A DNA stretch of 64,000 bases from a bacterium (GTDB lineage: Bacteria > Actinomycetota > Acidimicrobiia > Acidimicrobiales > Bin134): positions 4,848 through 68,847 of the forward strand of contig JAPOTT010000008.1 in the NCBI GenBank assembly GCA_026709025.1. Direction: 5' to 3'. This document shows positions 9,234 through 20,617 of the stretch, piece by piece (positions within the stretch are counted from its first letter, which is position 1; every line of letters starts with the position of its first letter). A program made the translations under genes and the position numbers. The notes under the pieces are model-generated. The model was not told where the DNA came from. It saw only the letters and a list, made by a program, of their open reading frames with translations, and made no database searches.

Positions 9234-10328
9234 ATGTTGCGTGTTCAGCGACCGCTTCCAGAGCGGTACACTTCGGCTTCGCCTGAGCAACTCGCGCGTT
9301 TCATCGGCGATGCCAAAACAGCCCTGGGAGACAAGCTCTTCATTTTGGGGCACCACTACCAGCGCGATGAGGTTATGACGTGGGCCGATGCTAGGGGCGA
9401 CTCGTTTCGACTATCGGTGTTAGCTCAACAGCACCCTGAAGCTGCCTACATCGTGTTCTGCGGCGTACATTTCATGGCTGAATCTGCCGATATCTTAACC
9501 GGCGATCACCAACAGGTGCTGTTACCCGACCTCAATGCTGGTTGTTCTATGGCCGACATGGCCGACATTGAACAAGTAGAAGATGCCTGGGAGGAACTAG
9601 CCCGGGTTACCGATATTGAACAAGTTGTGCCCATTACCTACATGAACTCAGCCGCCAACCTGAAGGCTTTCACCGCACGACACGGTGGCGCGGTTTGCAC
9701 TTCTTCAAATGCCCAAGCTGTGCTCAGCTGGGCACTAAGCCGAGGCCAGCAGGTGCTGTTCTTCCCAGACCAACACCTCGGGCGCAACACCGGCTTTGCT
9801 ATGGGCTATGACGAAGAACAGATGGGGGTATGGAATCCCCGCTTAGAACTAGGTGGCATAAGCGAAGCACAATGCAAAGAATCGGTGCTGTTGTTGTGGA
9901 AGGGGCATTGCTCGGTGCATCAACGCTTTCAGCCTGAGCACCTAGCGGCGTTTCGGGCTAAGCATCCCAATGGCATCGTGCTGGTACACCCCGAATGCAG
10001 CCGCGCTGTGTGTGCTGCGGCCGATCAGGTGGGCTCAACCGACTACATAATCAGTGCTGTAGATGCTGCTCCAGCGGGTTCGGTGATCGGTGTTGGCACC
10101 GAGATCCATCTTGTAAACCGTCTCAACGCAGAAACCCCCGACAAAACGGTGGTTTCGCTTGACCCGCTGGTGTGCCCTTGCTCCACGATGTTTAGAATTG
10201 ACGCTGCTCACCTAGCTTGGGTGCTAGAAGGGCTGGTGCAGGGCGAGATACACAATCGCATCACTGTGGCACCTGAGGTTGCAGCCGAAGCCAAAGTAGC
10301 GCTAGATCGAATGCTGCAAATTACCTAA
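9234..10328 (+). CDS. nadA: Quinolinate synthase
   Basis: ILGHHYQ, FCGVHFMAE, AGCSMADM, CSVH, VHPEC, CPCSTM. Confidence 0.97.
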   Translation: MLRVQRPLPERYTSASPEQLARFIGDAKTALGDKLFILGHHYQRDEVMTWADARGDSFRLSVLAQQHPEAAYIVFCGVHFMAESADILTGDHQQVLLPDLNAGCSMADMADIEQVEDAWEELARVTDIEQVVPITYMNSAANLKAFTARHGGAVCTSSNAQAVLSWALSRGQQVLFFPDQHLGRNTGFAMGYDEEQMGVWNPRLELGGISEAQCKESVLLLWKGHCSVHQRFQPEHLAAFRAKHPNGIVLVHPECSRAVCAAADQVGSTDYIISAVDAAPAGSVIGVGTEIHLVNRLNAETPDKTVVSLDPLVCPCSTMFRIDAAHLAWVLEGLVQGEIHNRITVAPEVAAEAKVALDRMLQIT

Positions 10329-10387
10329 CGCTGAACTCATTCTTGTGGGTTGCTTGTTGTGTCTGGGGCTCACACAAGTGAGAATAG

Positions 10388-11254
10388 GTGCTGATGACTG
10401 CAATCAAGTTGGACGGTGAGATGCTGTCCGCCGAAATCAAAACTAGCCTGTCCACGAGGATTGCCGCTTTGATAGAGCGAGGGATAACCCCAACTTTGGG
10501 CACCTTGTTGGTGGGTGACGATGGGCCCTCAGCCAACTATGTTGCCATGAAGCACCGTGACAGCGCCGAACTACAGATGGGCTCGCGGGAGGTTCATCTG
10601 CCTGCTACCGCTACTCAAGCCGATGTGGATGCCGTGGTGGACGACTTCAACTCCGACCCCTCGGTGGATGCCTACATCATGCAGTACCCGTTTCCCGCTC
10701 ACCTGAACTATGAAGCAGCGCTGATGCGGGTGTTACCCGAAAAGGATGCCGACGGACTGCACCCGGTGAACCTCGGCAAGCTGGTACAAGGTGTTGATGC
10801 ACCCTTGGCATGCACCCCCAAAGGCATACAACTTCTGCTAGAACACTACGACGTTCCCATTGAGGGTCGCCATGTGGTAATCATCGGAAGAGGGCTCACC
10901 ATTGGTCGCCCCTTGGCCAACCTATTATCGCTCAAGCGTAAGGAGGCCAACGCTGCTGTTACGGTGGTGCATACTGGTGTTGGAGATATCTCTAAGTACA
11001 CCCGCAATGCCGACATCCTGATCGCAGCAGCAGGATCACCATCTATCGTCACACCTCAGATGGTTAAACCCAACGCAGCGGTGGTTGCTGCCGGGGTTAG
11101 CTTTGTAAACAACAAGTTGGTATCAGATGTAGACGCTACGGTAGCAGAAGTAGCAGGTTGGCTTTCACCTAGAATTGGCGGGGTTGGCCCCATGACCCGC
11201 GTTGTGCTTATGTCCAACACCGTGGCCGCAGCCGAACGCACCGCAGCGTTCTAG
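10388..11254 (+). CDS. folD: Bifunctional methylenetetrahydrofolate dehydrogenase/cyclohydrolase
   Basis: KDADGLHPVNLGKL, CTPKGI, GRGLTIGRP, GGVGPMT. Confidence 0.95.
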   Translation: MLMTAIKLDGEMLSAEIKTSLSTRIAALIERGITPTLGTLLVGDDGPSANYVAMKHRDSAELQMGSREVHLPATATQADVDAVVDDFNSDPSVDAYIMQYPFPAHLNYEAALMRVLPEKDADGLHPVNLGKLVQGVDAPLACTPKGIQLLLEHYDVPIEGRHVVIIGRGLTIGRPLANLLSLKRKEANAAVTVVHTGVGDISKYTRNADILIAAAGSPSIVTPQMVKPNAAVVAAGVSFVNNKLVSDVDATVAEVAGWLSPRIGGVGPMTRVVLMSNTVAAAERTAAF

Positions 11255-11264
11255 CCGCAGCGTT

Positions 11265-14246
11265 CTAGCCAAGCACCCGCACAAGCTGAATATGTCGCTC
11301 TGGATTGAGCAACAACGCTGCCAACTCTTGCACATCAGCTAAGGTCATCTCGGCTAACGCATCCACCAAACGCTGGTGCGTGATCGCACCTTCGCCGCCA
11401 AACAGAGCCCATGTGTTGAGCACATACAAGAGGTCATCGTTGGTAGCCACCTCTAGGTTGTCGCTCATCACAGACCTAGCTCTTTCGAACTCCTCAACAG
11501 CAATTTGCCCAGCGTGCAGTTCGCCCACAATGCGAACCATTTCAGCTTCAATGTTGTCCATCTGTTCAGGTGGACCGGTTACCAACACCGTGGCAGTAAT
11601 GTCGCCGTATGGATAGAGGCTCAAATCCACCCCAGCGGTTGCCACGTAGGTATCGCCCAAGAGCTCACGAACGTTCTCAACAAGCTTGGCATCCAAGATG
11701 GTGTTCAAGAGCCTGCCTGCAACTAGTTGGATCAAGGTGGGGTTAACGTCCAATTCGTAAATGTAGGTGGCTCGTGTGGAACTGTTGTCTGGCCCTAGCA
11801 CTATCTCTTCGCGTACCACACCTTCTGGTAGCGGGCCGCGGCGATCCACGTAGGTGTCGGCAGCTTTGGTTGGGAGGGTACCCACATAGGTTTGGGCTAG
11901 CCGTGCCACCTCTGCACGTTCCACATCTCCTATTACGATCACAGTAAAGTCATCTACACCGCCCAAACGCTGGCGGTAAATATCTAGCAACTCTTGGGCT
12001 GTAAGCGACTCTAAGCGCTCTGGGGATGGGATCGGGTTGTACCAGCCATAGGCATCCCCGTGACGTGCTTGACGTAGCGCCAAAATCTCCTGCACATCAG
12101 GATCAGAAGCTGCTAGAGCAATCAAAATGTTGCCGTAGTCTTGTGCCTCTCTAAATGCTTGCTCGTCCACCCGCGGCGCAGTGATGTACAAGTACATCAG
12201 CTCAAACAAGTTGGCCGTTCCAGCAGTGTCGGAGGCACCGCTCACCCCTTCAGAGGTCTCCCCCACATAAGCACTAGCCGTAACCACGCTCTCTGCCAAA
12301 GCAGCAGTCAGCTCGCTTCTGCTGTAGCTGCCAAGCCCGCTTGAGTTGATAGCCCTGTTGCCTAAAAGCTGAGCTATAGCAAGTTCGCCTTCTGGGAACA
12401 AAGACCAACCTCCTACCCCACTGGCCTCTAAGATCACCTCGTTTTCAGAGATGTCTGAGTAGGCATAAATTACGCGGGTGCCGTTTGCAAATGTCCACTG
12501 ATATGGATCATCTAGCTCATCTGCCAAAAACTCAATCGGCCCCTCACTAATTGGCTCAACCGGATCGGGAGACTCCAATGCAAACGCAACATTTGCTAGC
12601 TGGGTTGGAAGCTCACCGGGGGCGGCTGCATCTAGAGCAGCTTGCAGCTCATCTGAGCTGGGAAACTCTGCTGAATCTGAGCCCACCCCAACAATGATCG
12701 GTTCGCTAACTGCCAAAATCTCGCGATACCTAGCGCTGAGATCATCTACCGTTAGCTCATCTAACAACGATGCCACCCGGCTCAGCCTGTCTTGAGGAGT
12801 GGATATATCTTGGCCCTCCAAAAAGTGCGACACATAGTCATCAGCCAAATCAGCATCTTGGCGAGTAGCTGCCGCACCAACGCTGGACTGCAAGCTGGAC
12901 AGGATTGTTCTAACTGCGATCTGCCGGTCTACTTCGCTAAAGCCCTGTTCTGCAAGGCTCAACAGCAAAGACCAATAGTCGGTGAGGGCCACAGAAAAAT
13001 CTTCTGCCCGCAAGTTTGTTCCGCTAAAGCGCAACCCGCGGGTGTAAGGAAAAGATTCCCAAAATGCCCTGTCTATCTGCGACAACAGGCCCTGTTCGTA
13101 GGCATCACCTAGTCGGCTGTTAACGATGTTGGATACGACCCATTCAATCCAAAGCTGCCGGTTGCCTTCTACGGTGTTGCGATCCCAAGAGGGCAAGCGG
13201 ATGTCTAAAGAAAGGTAGGGGTAGGTTTGTTCTGCAGATGTGGCATTAGCAAACATAATCTCATGGTCTATTGCTGAGTAGCTGTCTACCTCACCAGGGG
13301 ACTCTCCAGCTGCAATGTCGGCAAAATGTTGCTCAACCAAACCCACCAGTTCTTCAACCGGCAGATCTCCCACCGCTACCACAGCCATGTTGGAGGGCAC
13401 ATACCATGTTTCGTAGAAATCTCTTAGGTCTTGTGCTGTCGTAGCCAAGATGCTCTCTACGGTACCAATGGGATTACGACCCTCATAGGGAGTGTTTTGG
13501 GTGTAGAGGTCGTTAAAGACATTAGAGATGATGCCGTCTCCGGTTTCCTCCCGCAGACGGTACTCGTCGCGGATTATGCCACGCTCTTGATCTACATCAT
13601 CTTCGGTGATGGTGGCTGCATGCGCCCACTCTGCTAGCACCTCAAAGGCCGTGCCAACCGAGTTCTCTTCTTCATCAATTATCAGATCCAGCATGTACAC
13701 GGTTTCATCAAAGGATGTGTAGGCGTTGATATCTGGGCCGAACTCCACACCTATTCTTTGCAAAGCCTCGGTGATCTCATTGCCCGGATACTTTTCGGTA
13801 CCGTTAAACAACATGTGTTCTAGGTAATGGGCATACCCTGCTCCTGCAAAGGGCTCGTTCAACGAGCCCGCATTCACAGCCAACCGCAACGATAGCGACC
13901 CACCCGGCGAACTGTTGGAACGCACATAGTAGGTTAGGCCGTTCTCTAAGGTGCCTATCTGAACCGCAGGATCAATGGGCAATAGGTCGCCTGTTGTAGG
14001 TGTTCGTTGGCCAGATACCCCGGTATCGTCAGGCATCTGTTGGCCGTTTTGGGTATCTGTTTGGGCATCGCCAACTTGGACTGTTTCGCCGCTGGCCTCT
14101 GCTATAAGGGCTGCGCCTGCGCCACCATCTGCAGCCATCGTGTTGTGTGGAGGTAGCTGGCCTGTTACCAACACATCCCCATCGCTGCTAGCGCAGGCGC
14201 TCAGACATAACGCAGCACACACCACCAGCGCAAGTGTTCTTTTCAT
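11265..14246 (-). CDS. M16 family zinc peptidase (PqqL-like), lipoprotein
   Basis: Lipobox CLSAC after MKRTLAL; GTLENGLTYY, HYLEH inverzincin motif, NAYTSFDET. Confidence 0.9.
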   Translation of the reverse strand: MKRTLALVVCAALCLSACASSDGDVLVTGQLPPHNTMAADGGAGAALIAEASGETVQVGDAQTDTQNGQQMPDDTGVSGQRTPTTGDLLPIDPAVQIGTLENGLTYYVRSNSSPGGSLSLRLAVNAGSLNEPFAGAGYAHYLEHMLFNGTEKYPGNEITEALQRIGVEFGPDINAYTSFDETVYMLDLIIDEEENSVGTAFEVLAEWAHAATITEDDVDQERGIIRDEYRLREETGDGIISNVFNDLYTQNTPYEGRNPIGTVESILATTAQDLRDFYETWYVPSNMAVVAVGDLPVEELVGLVEQHFADIAAGESPGEVDSYSAIDHEIMFANATSAEQTYPYLSLDIRLPSWDRNTVEGNRQLWIEWVVSNIVNSRLGDAYEQGLLSQIDRAFWESFPYTRGLRFSGTNLRAEDFSVALTDYWSLLLSLAEQGFSEVDRQIAVRTILSSLQSSVGAAATRQDADLADDYVSHFLEGQDISTPQDRLSRVASLLDELTVDDLSARYREILAVSEPIIVGVGSDSAEFPSSDELQAALDAAAPGELPTQLANVAFALESPDPVEPISEGPIEFLADELDDPYQWTFANGTRVIYAYSDISENEVILEASGVGGWSLFPEGELAIAQLLGNRAINSSGLGSYSRSELTAALAESVVTASAYVGETSEGVSGASDTAGTANLFELMYLYITAPRVDEQAFREAQDYGNILIALAASDPDVQEILALRQARHGDAYGWYNPIPSPERLESLTAQELLDIYRQRLGGVDDFTVIVIGDVERAEVARLAQTYVGTLPTKAADTYVDRRGPLPEGVVREEIVLGPDNSSTRATYIYELDVNPTLIQLVAGRLLNTILDAKLVENVRELLGDTYVATAGVDLSLYPYGDITATVLVTGPPEQMDNIEAEMVRIVGELHAGQIAVEEFERARSVMSDNLEVATNDDLLYVLNTWALFGGEGAITHQRLVDALAEMTLADVQELAALLLNPERHIQLVRVLG

Positions 14247-14343
14247 AATCCTGTACCTGTCATCTAGGCTCTTTTCGTTGCGCCAATAGTGCCACACAGC
14301 CTGTGACACATAGATAGTTGAGCTACCATCAACTCAGCCCACC

Positions 14344-17331
14344 ATGATAGCCATAGCGCAAGGTAGAGTTACAGATGTGTCATCTCAGATTACGTCTGCG
14401 TGTCCAAACACTCCTCTGGCCCAACTAGAAAACCCAACCGAGTTTCAAGCCCGACACATCGGCCCCTCCCCACAAGAACAAAAAGCGATGCTGTTGGAGT
14501 TGGGTTTCGACAGCCTCAATGAGCTCATAGATGCCATTGTGCCGTCCACAATTCGCTCTCAAGAACCGCTCAATCTCTCCCCACCCAAAACCGAAGCAGC
14601 CACCACCGCAGCGCTGCGGGAGCTAGCAAATCGCAACACCGTTGTAACCTCCCTCATTGGCATGGGTTACTACAACACCATTACCCCTGCTGTAATCCGG
14701 CGCAATGTGCTAGAGAACCCCGCCTGGTACACGGCCTACACTCCCTACCAACCAGAAATATCGCAAGGCCGCCTAGAAGCCTTGATCAACTTCCAAACCA
14801 TGGTTACAGACCTCACCGCAATGGGTATGGCCAACGCCTCGCTGTTAGATGAAGGCACAGCCGCTGCCGAAGCCATGACCTTGCTGCGTCGCCTCAACCG
14901 CAAGTGCCCCGAGAATCGCTTTGTGGTGGATGCCGATACCCACCCTCAAACCATTGATGTGATTCGCACCCGAGCCGCACCCTTAGGCATTGCAATAGAA
15001 GTGGCAGAGTTAGACGAAACCAACATCGCGCAACTAGCCCAAGATGCCTTTGGCCTGTTGGTGTCTTATCCTGCAAGCTCTGGGAGAATCTGCGATCTCA
15101 GCACCATCATCGCTGAAGCCCACAACGCCAACGCACTAGTAGCAGTGGCTAGCGATCTGCTAGCTCTGTGCCTTTTGACACCACCCGGCGAGTTAGGTGC
15201 CGATGCGGTAGTGGGGTCTTCGCAAAGGTTTGGGGTGCCGTTAGGCTTTGGAGGGCCGCACGCCGGTTTCATTGCCGTGCCTGAATCGGCCATGCGCTCT
15301 TTGCCCGGCAGGTTGGCTGGCGTATCGGTGGACGATACCGGCAAGGTGGCCTACCGGCTCACCCTACAAACCCGCGAACAACACATCCGCCGCGAGCGCG
15401 CTACTAGCAACATCTGCACAGCCCAAGTGCTGCTTGCAGTAATGGCCGCCATGTATGCCACCTATCATGGGCCCGAAGGACTCAAAAGAATCGCCCAACG
15501 TGTTCATCGTCTCACCGCTCTTGCCGCTGCGCGCCTGCGCTCAGCAGGCTACGAGCTAGCTGCAGATCATTTCTTCGATACCGTCACCGTCAAAACCCCT
15601 CAAATGGCCAGCCAGATCATGTCTGCGGCCCTAGATGAAGGGCTGAACCTACGTAAGGTAAACGAGCACGCGGTGGCCTTTTCGCTAGATGAAACAACCA
15701 CACAAAACACCTTGTTTGCTCTGTGGCGCGCATTTGGGATCGATGCAGACACCGCCAACACAGACACCACCAACGCAAAGATCATCTACCAACTAGATGC
15801 AAGCACACCCGACGCACTCTTAGACACGCAGCGCCGCACTAGCAGTTTTTTGACGCATCCAACCTTCAACCGATACCACAGCGAAACCGAGATGCTGCGT
15901 TATCTGCAGCAGCTGTCTGCTAAAGACCTAGCCCTAGATCGCACCATGATCCCGCTTGGGTCTTGCACCATGAAGCTCAACGCCACCACCCAAATGGAAC
16001 CGGTGAGCTGGCCTGAGTTCGCTCAAATCCACCCCTTTGCGCCTGATAGCCAAACTAACGGTTACCGTGCCCTGATCGCCGAGTTGGAACAAGCTCTGGT
16101 GTCCATCACCGGTTATGCAGCTGTCTCGCTCCAACCAAACGCTGGCGCGCAAGGGGAACTAGCAGGGCTTTTAGCCATTCGCGCATATCACGCAGCCCAA
16201 GGCCAACCCCAGCGCACGGTGTGTTTAATTCCCGCTTCAGCTCACGGTACCAACGCGGCCAGCGCAGTTATGGCTGGTATGCAGGTGGAGGTGGTTGCCT
16301 GCGACGAACACGGCAACGTAGACATGGCCGACCTGAAATCTAAGGTTGTACGCAACAACTCCAAGCTCAGCGCTTTGATGATTACCTACCCCTCAACCCA
16401 CGGTGTGTTTGAAGACCACATAACCGATGTGTGCCACCTGATTCACCTACATGGCGGCCAAGTGTACTTAGATGGGGCCAACCTCAACGCTCTGGTGGGC
16501 ATCGCTCAGCCAGGCAAATTTGGTGCTGATGTGTCTCACCTGAACTTACACAAAACCTTTTGCATTCCCCATGGTGGCGGTGGGCCGGGTGTGGGCCCTG
16601 TAGCAGTAGGGGCACATCTAGCCCCCTATCTGCCCAACCATCCGATTGTTGACGATGCTGGCCCTGTGAGCGGAGTGGGTGCAGTTTCATCTGCACCATG
16701 GGGCTCTGCGGGTATCCTGCCGATTTCTTGGGCCTACATTTATGCCATGGGTGCCCAAGGGCTCACCCACGCCACCGAGGTGGCCTTGCTCAGCGCTAAC
16801 TATCTAGCTGCCCGTCTCAAAGAGCTGTTTCCCCTGCTCTACACAGGTGCCAACGGGTTGGTGGCCCACGAGTGCATTATAGATCTACGCCCCCTACATG
16901 AGCGCACCGGTGTCACTGTGGACGATGTAGCCAAACGACTCATAGATTTCGGCTTCCACGCTCCCACCGTTTCGTTTCCTGTAGCTGGCACGCTCATGGT
17001 GGAACCAACAGAGTCGGAGTCTAAAGCTGAATTGGATCGCTTCGTGGCTGCCATGGCTGCTATTCGTGCCGAAATTGCACAAGTAGAATCGGGCGAAGTG
17101 GCTATAGAACAAAGTCCACTACGTCGGGCACCGCACACGGCCGCGGCCGTCACGGTGCAGAATTGGAATCGCCCCTACTCTCGCGAGCAAGCTATACATG
17201 GTCTGCAACAGCCCACAGATCGCAAGTATTGGCCACCGGTGGGGCGCATTGATGGCCCCCACGGTGACAAGAACGTGTTCTGTGCCTGTCCACCCATAGA
17301 TGATCTAATAGCTGACATAACTGGAGATTGA
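14344..17331 (+). CDS. gcvP: Glycine dehydrogenase (aminomethyl-transferring), glycine cleavage P protein
   Basis: [40 protein letters not shown]; start may be GTG 14377. Confidence 0.97.
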   Translation: MIAIAQGRVTDVSSQITSACPNTPLAQLENPTEFQARHIGPSPQEQKAMLLELGFDSLNELIDAIVPSTIRSQEPLNLSPPKTEAATTAALRELANRNTVVTSLIGMGYYNTITPAVIRRNVLENPAWYTAYTPYQPEISQGRLEALINFQTMVTDLTAMGMANASLLDEGTAAAEAMTLLRRLNRKCPENRFVVDADTHPQTIDVIRTRAAPLGIAIEVAELDETNIAQLAQDAFGLLVSYPASSGRICDLSTIIAEAHNANALVAVASDLLALCLLTPPGELGADAVVGSSQRFGVPLGFGGPHAGFIAVPESAMRSLPGRLAGVSVDDTGKVAYRLTLQTREQHIRRERATSNICTAQVLLAVMAAMYATYHGPEGLKRIAQRVHRLTALAAARLRSAGYELAADHFFDTVTVKTPQMASQIMSAALDEGLNLRKVNEHAVAFSLDETTTQNTLFALWRAFGIDADTANTDTTNAKIIYQLDASTPDALLDTQRRTSSFLTHPTFNRYHSETEMLRYLQQLSAKDLALDRTMIPLGSCTMKLNATTQMEPVSWPEFAQIHPFAPDSQTNGYRALIAELEQALVSITGYAAVSLQPNAGAQGELAGLLAIRAYHAAQGQPQRTVCLIPASAHGTNAASAVMAGMQVEVVACDEHGNVDMADLKSKVVRNNSKLSALMITYPSTHGVFEDHITDVCHLIHLHGGQVYLDGANLNALVGIAQPGKFGADVSHLNLHKTFCIPHGGGGPGVGPVAVGAHLAPYLPNHPIVDDAGPVSGVGAVSSAPWGSAGILPISWAYIYAMGAQGLTHATEVALLSANYLAARLKELFPLLYTGANGLVAHECIIDLRPLHERTGVTVDDVAKRLIDFGFHAPTVSFPVAGTLMVEPTESESKAELDRFVAAMAAIRAEIAQVESGEVAIEQSPLRRAPHTAAAVTVQNWNRPYSREQAIHGLQQPTDRKYWPPVGRIDGPHGDKNVFCACPPIDDLIADITGD

Positions 17332-17335
17332 GCTG

Positions 17336-18568
17336 ATGTCTGAAGTCGCCAACACATCTGAAACGTCTACCCCATCTTTAGAAGATTTCCGATACAAGGT
17401 CCGGAGCTTTCTAAACACCCACGCTGTACCTACAAGCGAACCCGCTGTGGAGTGGTCTGAAGATGAAATGGTTGCTGGGTGTCGGCGCTTTTTCTCAGAC
17501 CTCAGCAAGGCTGGCTTAGGCGGCATTACCTACCCTGTGGAATATGGTGGTCAAAATCTAGACGACCGCTACCACGACGTGTTCAACGAAGAGTTGGCCA
17601 AGTATCAAGCTCCCCTAGTGCCCGCAGTGATCTCACACGGAATGTGCTTGCCGGTTATCAACAACTTTGGTACCACCGAACAACGCGAACGCTTTCAGGC
17701 CCGTAACATTCGCTGCGACGACCTCTGGTGCCAGATGTTCTCAGAACCCGGCGCTGGCTCCGATGTGGCATCTCTAGCTACCCGGGCAGTTCGAGATGGT
17801 GACGAGTGGGTGCTAAACGGTCAAAAGGTTTGGACTTCTGGCGCTCAATACTGTGATTACGGCCTCTGCATTGCCCGCACCGACCCATCACAACCTAAGC
17901 ACCGTGGCTTGTCCATGTTCATCATCGATTTGTCTTTGCCCGGCGTAGACGTACGTCCGCTTCGTCAGAACACCGGCGGTGCCCACTTCAACGAGATATA
18001 CCTTACCGATGTGCGTCTCAGCAGCGACTGCCTTGTTGGCGCAGAGGGCGACGGCTGGAACGTGGTGGTGGCCATGCTCATGTACGAGCGCAAAGAAATC
18101 GGGGCTAGCGGTAATCCAGTAATGTCGGCCCGCTCTTCTAGCGCGCAGCTCATTGCCCAAGCGCAACAACGCGGCTGCAACAACGATCCGGTGGTGCGGG
18201 ATTCGCTGGCCGACTTCTACATCCGCGAGCGCATTCAAGATTTCATTGGCATGCGAATACGCCAATCTATGGAAGCAGGCCAAACACCCGGCCCAGAGAG
18301 TTCTATTGCCAAGCTCAACACTGCCTTGTTGACGGTGCAATCTGCCGATATAGCCATCGCCATAGCTGGTGCTCAAGGCCAAGCATGGGATTCAGATGAT
18401 GATGCTGGCGGCGATTATTCCCGCTCTGTTGTGGGTGCGCCGGGCATGGGCATCGCTGGTGGCACCAACGAAGTACAGCGCAACGTAATCGGCGAGCGGG
18501 TGTTGGGGCTCCCCAAAGAACCAGACCCCTACAAGGGCAAGCCCTGGGAGTCGGTGCCCCGCTCCTAA
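17336..18568 (+). CDS. Acyl-CoA dehydrogenase family protein
   Basis: WCQMFSEPGAGSD, LNGQKVWTS, GGTNEVQRNVIGERVLGLP. Confidence 0.93.
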   Translation: MSEVANTSETSTPSLEDFRYKVRSFLNTHAVPTSEPAVEWSEDEMVAGCRRFFSDLSKAGLGGITYPVEYGGQNLDDRYHDVFNEELAKYQAPLVPAVISHGMCLPVINNFGTTEQRERFQARNIRCDDLWCQMFSEPGAGSDVASLATRAVRDGDEWVLNGQKVWTSGAQYCDYGLCIARTDPSQPKHRGLSMFIIDLSLPGVDVRPLRQNTGGAHFNEIYLTDVRLSSDCLVGAEGDGWNVVVAMLMYERKEIGASGNPVMSARSSSAQLIAQAQQRGCNNDPVVRDSLADFYIRERIQDFIGMRIRQSMEAGQTPGPESSIAKLNTALLTVQSADIAIAIAGAQGQAWDSDDDAGGDYSRSVVGAPGMGIAGGTNEVQRNVIGERVLGLPKEPDPYKGKPWESVPRS

Positions 18569-19182
18569 GCAGGCTTACCGGTGAGCTTTTCCCACACCCT
18601 GTCTACAGCCGCATTTAAATCTTGAGGCGTACCATCGTTGCTAATCAGATGATCTGCTAAGGCACGGCGCTGGGCGTTGCTGGCCTGTGCTGCCATGCGT
18701 GCTCGGGCTTGAGCCTCATCTAGGCCACGCTCGGCAAGCCTGGCAATCCGCAGATCTTCAGAGGCTTCCACTACCACCACTTGGGTGTAGCCCCGCCCCG
18801 ATTCAAGCTGCCCTAAACGGCTCTCGGTTAGCACCGCCATATCCAACACCACCATCTCAACTTCCATAGATCTCCCTAACGCCTCGAGCTGCTCATCTAG
18901 TTCGGCATTGATGGCAGGATGACTGATGGCCTCTAAAGCTTTGAGGCGTTCGGGTTGCCCAAACACCTCCGCTGCCAACTTGGCTCGGTGGATGTGGCCG
19001 TTTTCGTCCAATATTTGAGGCCCAAAAGCCTCCTGTACCTGTTGGGCTGCGCGGCCTTGGGGTTGAAGCACCTCCCGGCCTATGGCATCCACATCAATCA
19101 CCACAGCGCCCAACTCGCCAAAGCGCTTTGCGGCAGTGGACTTACCCACACCAATACCCCCTGTGAGGCCAACAACTAGCAC
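18565..19182 (-). CDS. coaE: Dephospho-CoA kinase
   Basis: GLTGGIGVGKST, IDVD, LEAISHP, ARARMAAQ. Confidence 0.93.
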   Translation of the reverse strand: MLVVGLTGGIGVGKSTAAKRFGELGAVVIDVDAIGREVLQPQGRAAQQVQEAFGPQILDENGHIHRAKLAAEVFGQPERLKALEAISHPAINAELDEQLEALGRSMEVEMVVLDMAVLTESRLGQLESGRGYTQVVVVEASEDLRIARLAERGLDEAQARARMAAQASNAQRRALADHLISNDGTPQDLNAAVDRVWEKLTGKPA

Positions 19183-19223
19183 GCTGTGAGACTACCCACC
19201 TCTAAGCGCTAGCGTCAGGTGCA

Positions 19224-20609
19224 ATGAAAGAACCGATACAAACCTTTGATTTGGTGGTGGTGGGTGCTGGCTCTGGCAACAGCGTGCTGACCGCCGACTT
19301 TTCTGACTGGAAAGTTGCCATCGTGGAACGAGATACCTTTGGTGGCACCTGCTTAAACAGAGGCTGCATCCCCTCCAAGATGCTGGTTTACGCAGCCGAT
19401 ATGGCACATCAAGCTGGCCGCACTGCTCATCTCGGCATAGACACCTCGCTAGACAACGTGCGCTGGGCCGACATCGTAGGTCGTGTCTTCGGACGCATAG
19501 ACCCCATCGCTCACAGCGGCGAAGACTACCGCCAAAGCTTGGACAACGTAACCGTCTTCAAAGCCAACGCGCGCTTTGTGGGTCACCAAACCCTAGAGCT
19601 TGTCAGCCCATCACACAACCAAAGCAATGTGCGTGAACAAATTACAGGACGACACATCGTGCTTGCCGCGGGTGCTCGCCCCTTTGTGCCCCCTATTGCT
19701 GGCTTGGACAGCGTTACCTACCACACCTCCGACTCCATCATGCGTATAGAAGATGTGCCCGAACGCCTTGTGATCATAGGCGGGGGCTACATTGCTAGCG
19801 AACTAGGACACGTGTTTGAAGCACTGGGCAGCCATGTGTGTATCGTGCATCGTTCAGATAGGTTGTTGCGGGCCGCAGATGCCGGTGTGTCCACAACCTT
19901 TACTGAGATCATGGCCGAACGGATGGACTGTGCGTTGGGCTCAGACATCTTGGGGGTGTCTCAGGCGGGATCTGAGATCACCGTTACCACCGAGGCCCGA
20001 ACAATTAGCGGCGATGCGCTGCTGGTTGCCACAGGTCGAGTACCTAACGGAGACCAACTAGAGCTAGCCCAAACCGGAGTGCAGCTAAACAGCCACGGCT
20101 ATGTGGTAACGGACGAGTTCCTGCAAACCCACACCGAGGGCATCTGGGCATTGGGCGATATATGCCACAGCGCTCAGCTTAAGCACACCGCCAATGAGGA
20201 CACCCGTGTGGTAGCCCACAACATCGCCAACCCGCAGCACCTTCGCAGCCCAAATTATTCACACATCCCTTATGCGGTGTTCGGTCACCCTCAAGTGGCT
20301 GCGGTTGGTGCTACAGAACAGCATCTTCAGGCCACCCGTACGCCTTTCGTGCGGGCCATACGCCGCTATGGCGACACTGCCTATGGCTGGGCAATGGAGG
20401 ATACCCGTAGCTTTGTGAAGCTGTTGGCCCACCCGCAAACACGGCTGCTGTTAGGGGCGCACATCCTCGGCCCACAAGCCCCAACGCTCATTCAACAGCT
20501 CATTCAGGGGATGCAGTTCGGGCTAACCGTAGATCAGATGGCTCACGGACAGCTCTACATTCACCCTGCCCTAACCGAGGTTGTAGAACAAGCCCTGCTA
20601 GAACTCTGA
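19224..20609 (+). CDS. mtr: Mycothione reductase
   Basis: GAGSGNS, GGTCLNRGCIPSKM, YGDTAYGWAMED, YIHPALTEVVEQALL. Confidence 0.88.
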   Translation: MKEPIQTFDLVVVGAGSGNSVLTADFSDWKVAIVERDTFGGTCLNRGCIPSKMLVYAADMAHQAGRTAHLGIDTSLDNVRWADIVGRVFGRIDPIAHSGEDYRQSLDNVTVFKANARFVGHQTLELVSPSHNQSNVREQITGRHIVLAAGARPFVPPIAGLDSVTYHTSDSIMRIEDVPERLVIIGGGYIASELGHVFEALGSHVCIVHRSDRLLRAADAGVSTTFTEIMAERMDCALGSDILGVSQAGSEITVTTEARTISGDALLVATGRVPNGDQLELAQTGVQLNSHGYVVTDEFLQTHTEGIWALGDICHSAQLKHTANEDTRVVAHNIANPQHLRSPNYSHIPYAVFGHPQVAAVGATEQHLQATRTPFVRAIRRYGDTAYGWAMEDTRSFVKLLAHPQTRLLLGAHILGPQAPTLIQQLIQGMQFGLTVDQMAHGQLYIHPALTEVVEQALLEL

Positions 20610-20617
20610 GCCCAACG

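Noticed and set aside
9033-9378. ORFs 9033..9356(-) and 9094..9378(+)
   Set aside because: They overlap nadA and its structured leader and have no protein-like features
14247-14343. Glycine riboswitch before gcvP; also TGTCAC-N11-CACTAT on the minus strand
   Set aside because: The gap is too short and lacks the GGAGA/CUCUCAGG motifs; the promoter-like match has the wrong spacing and a weak -10
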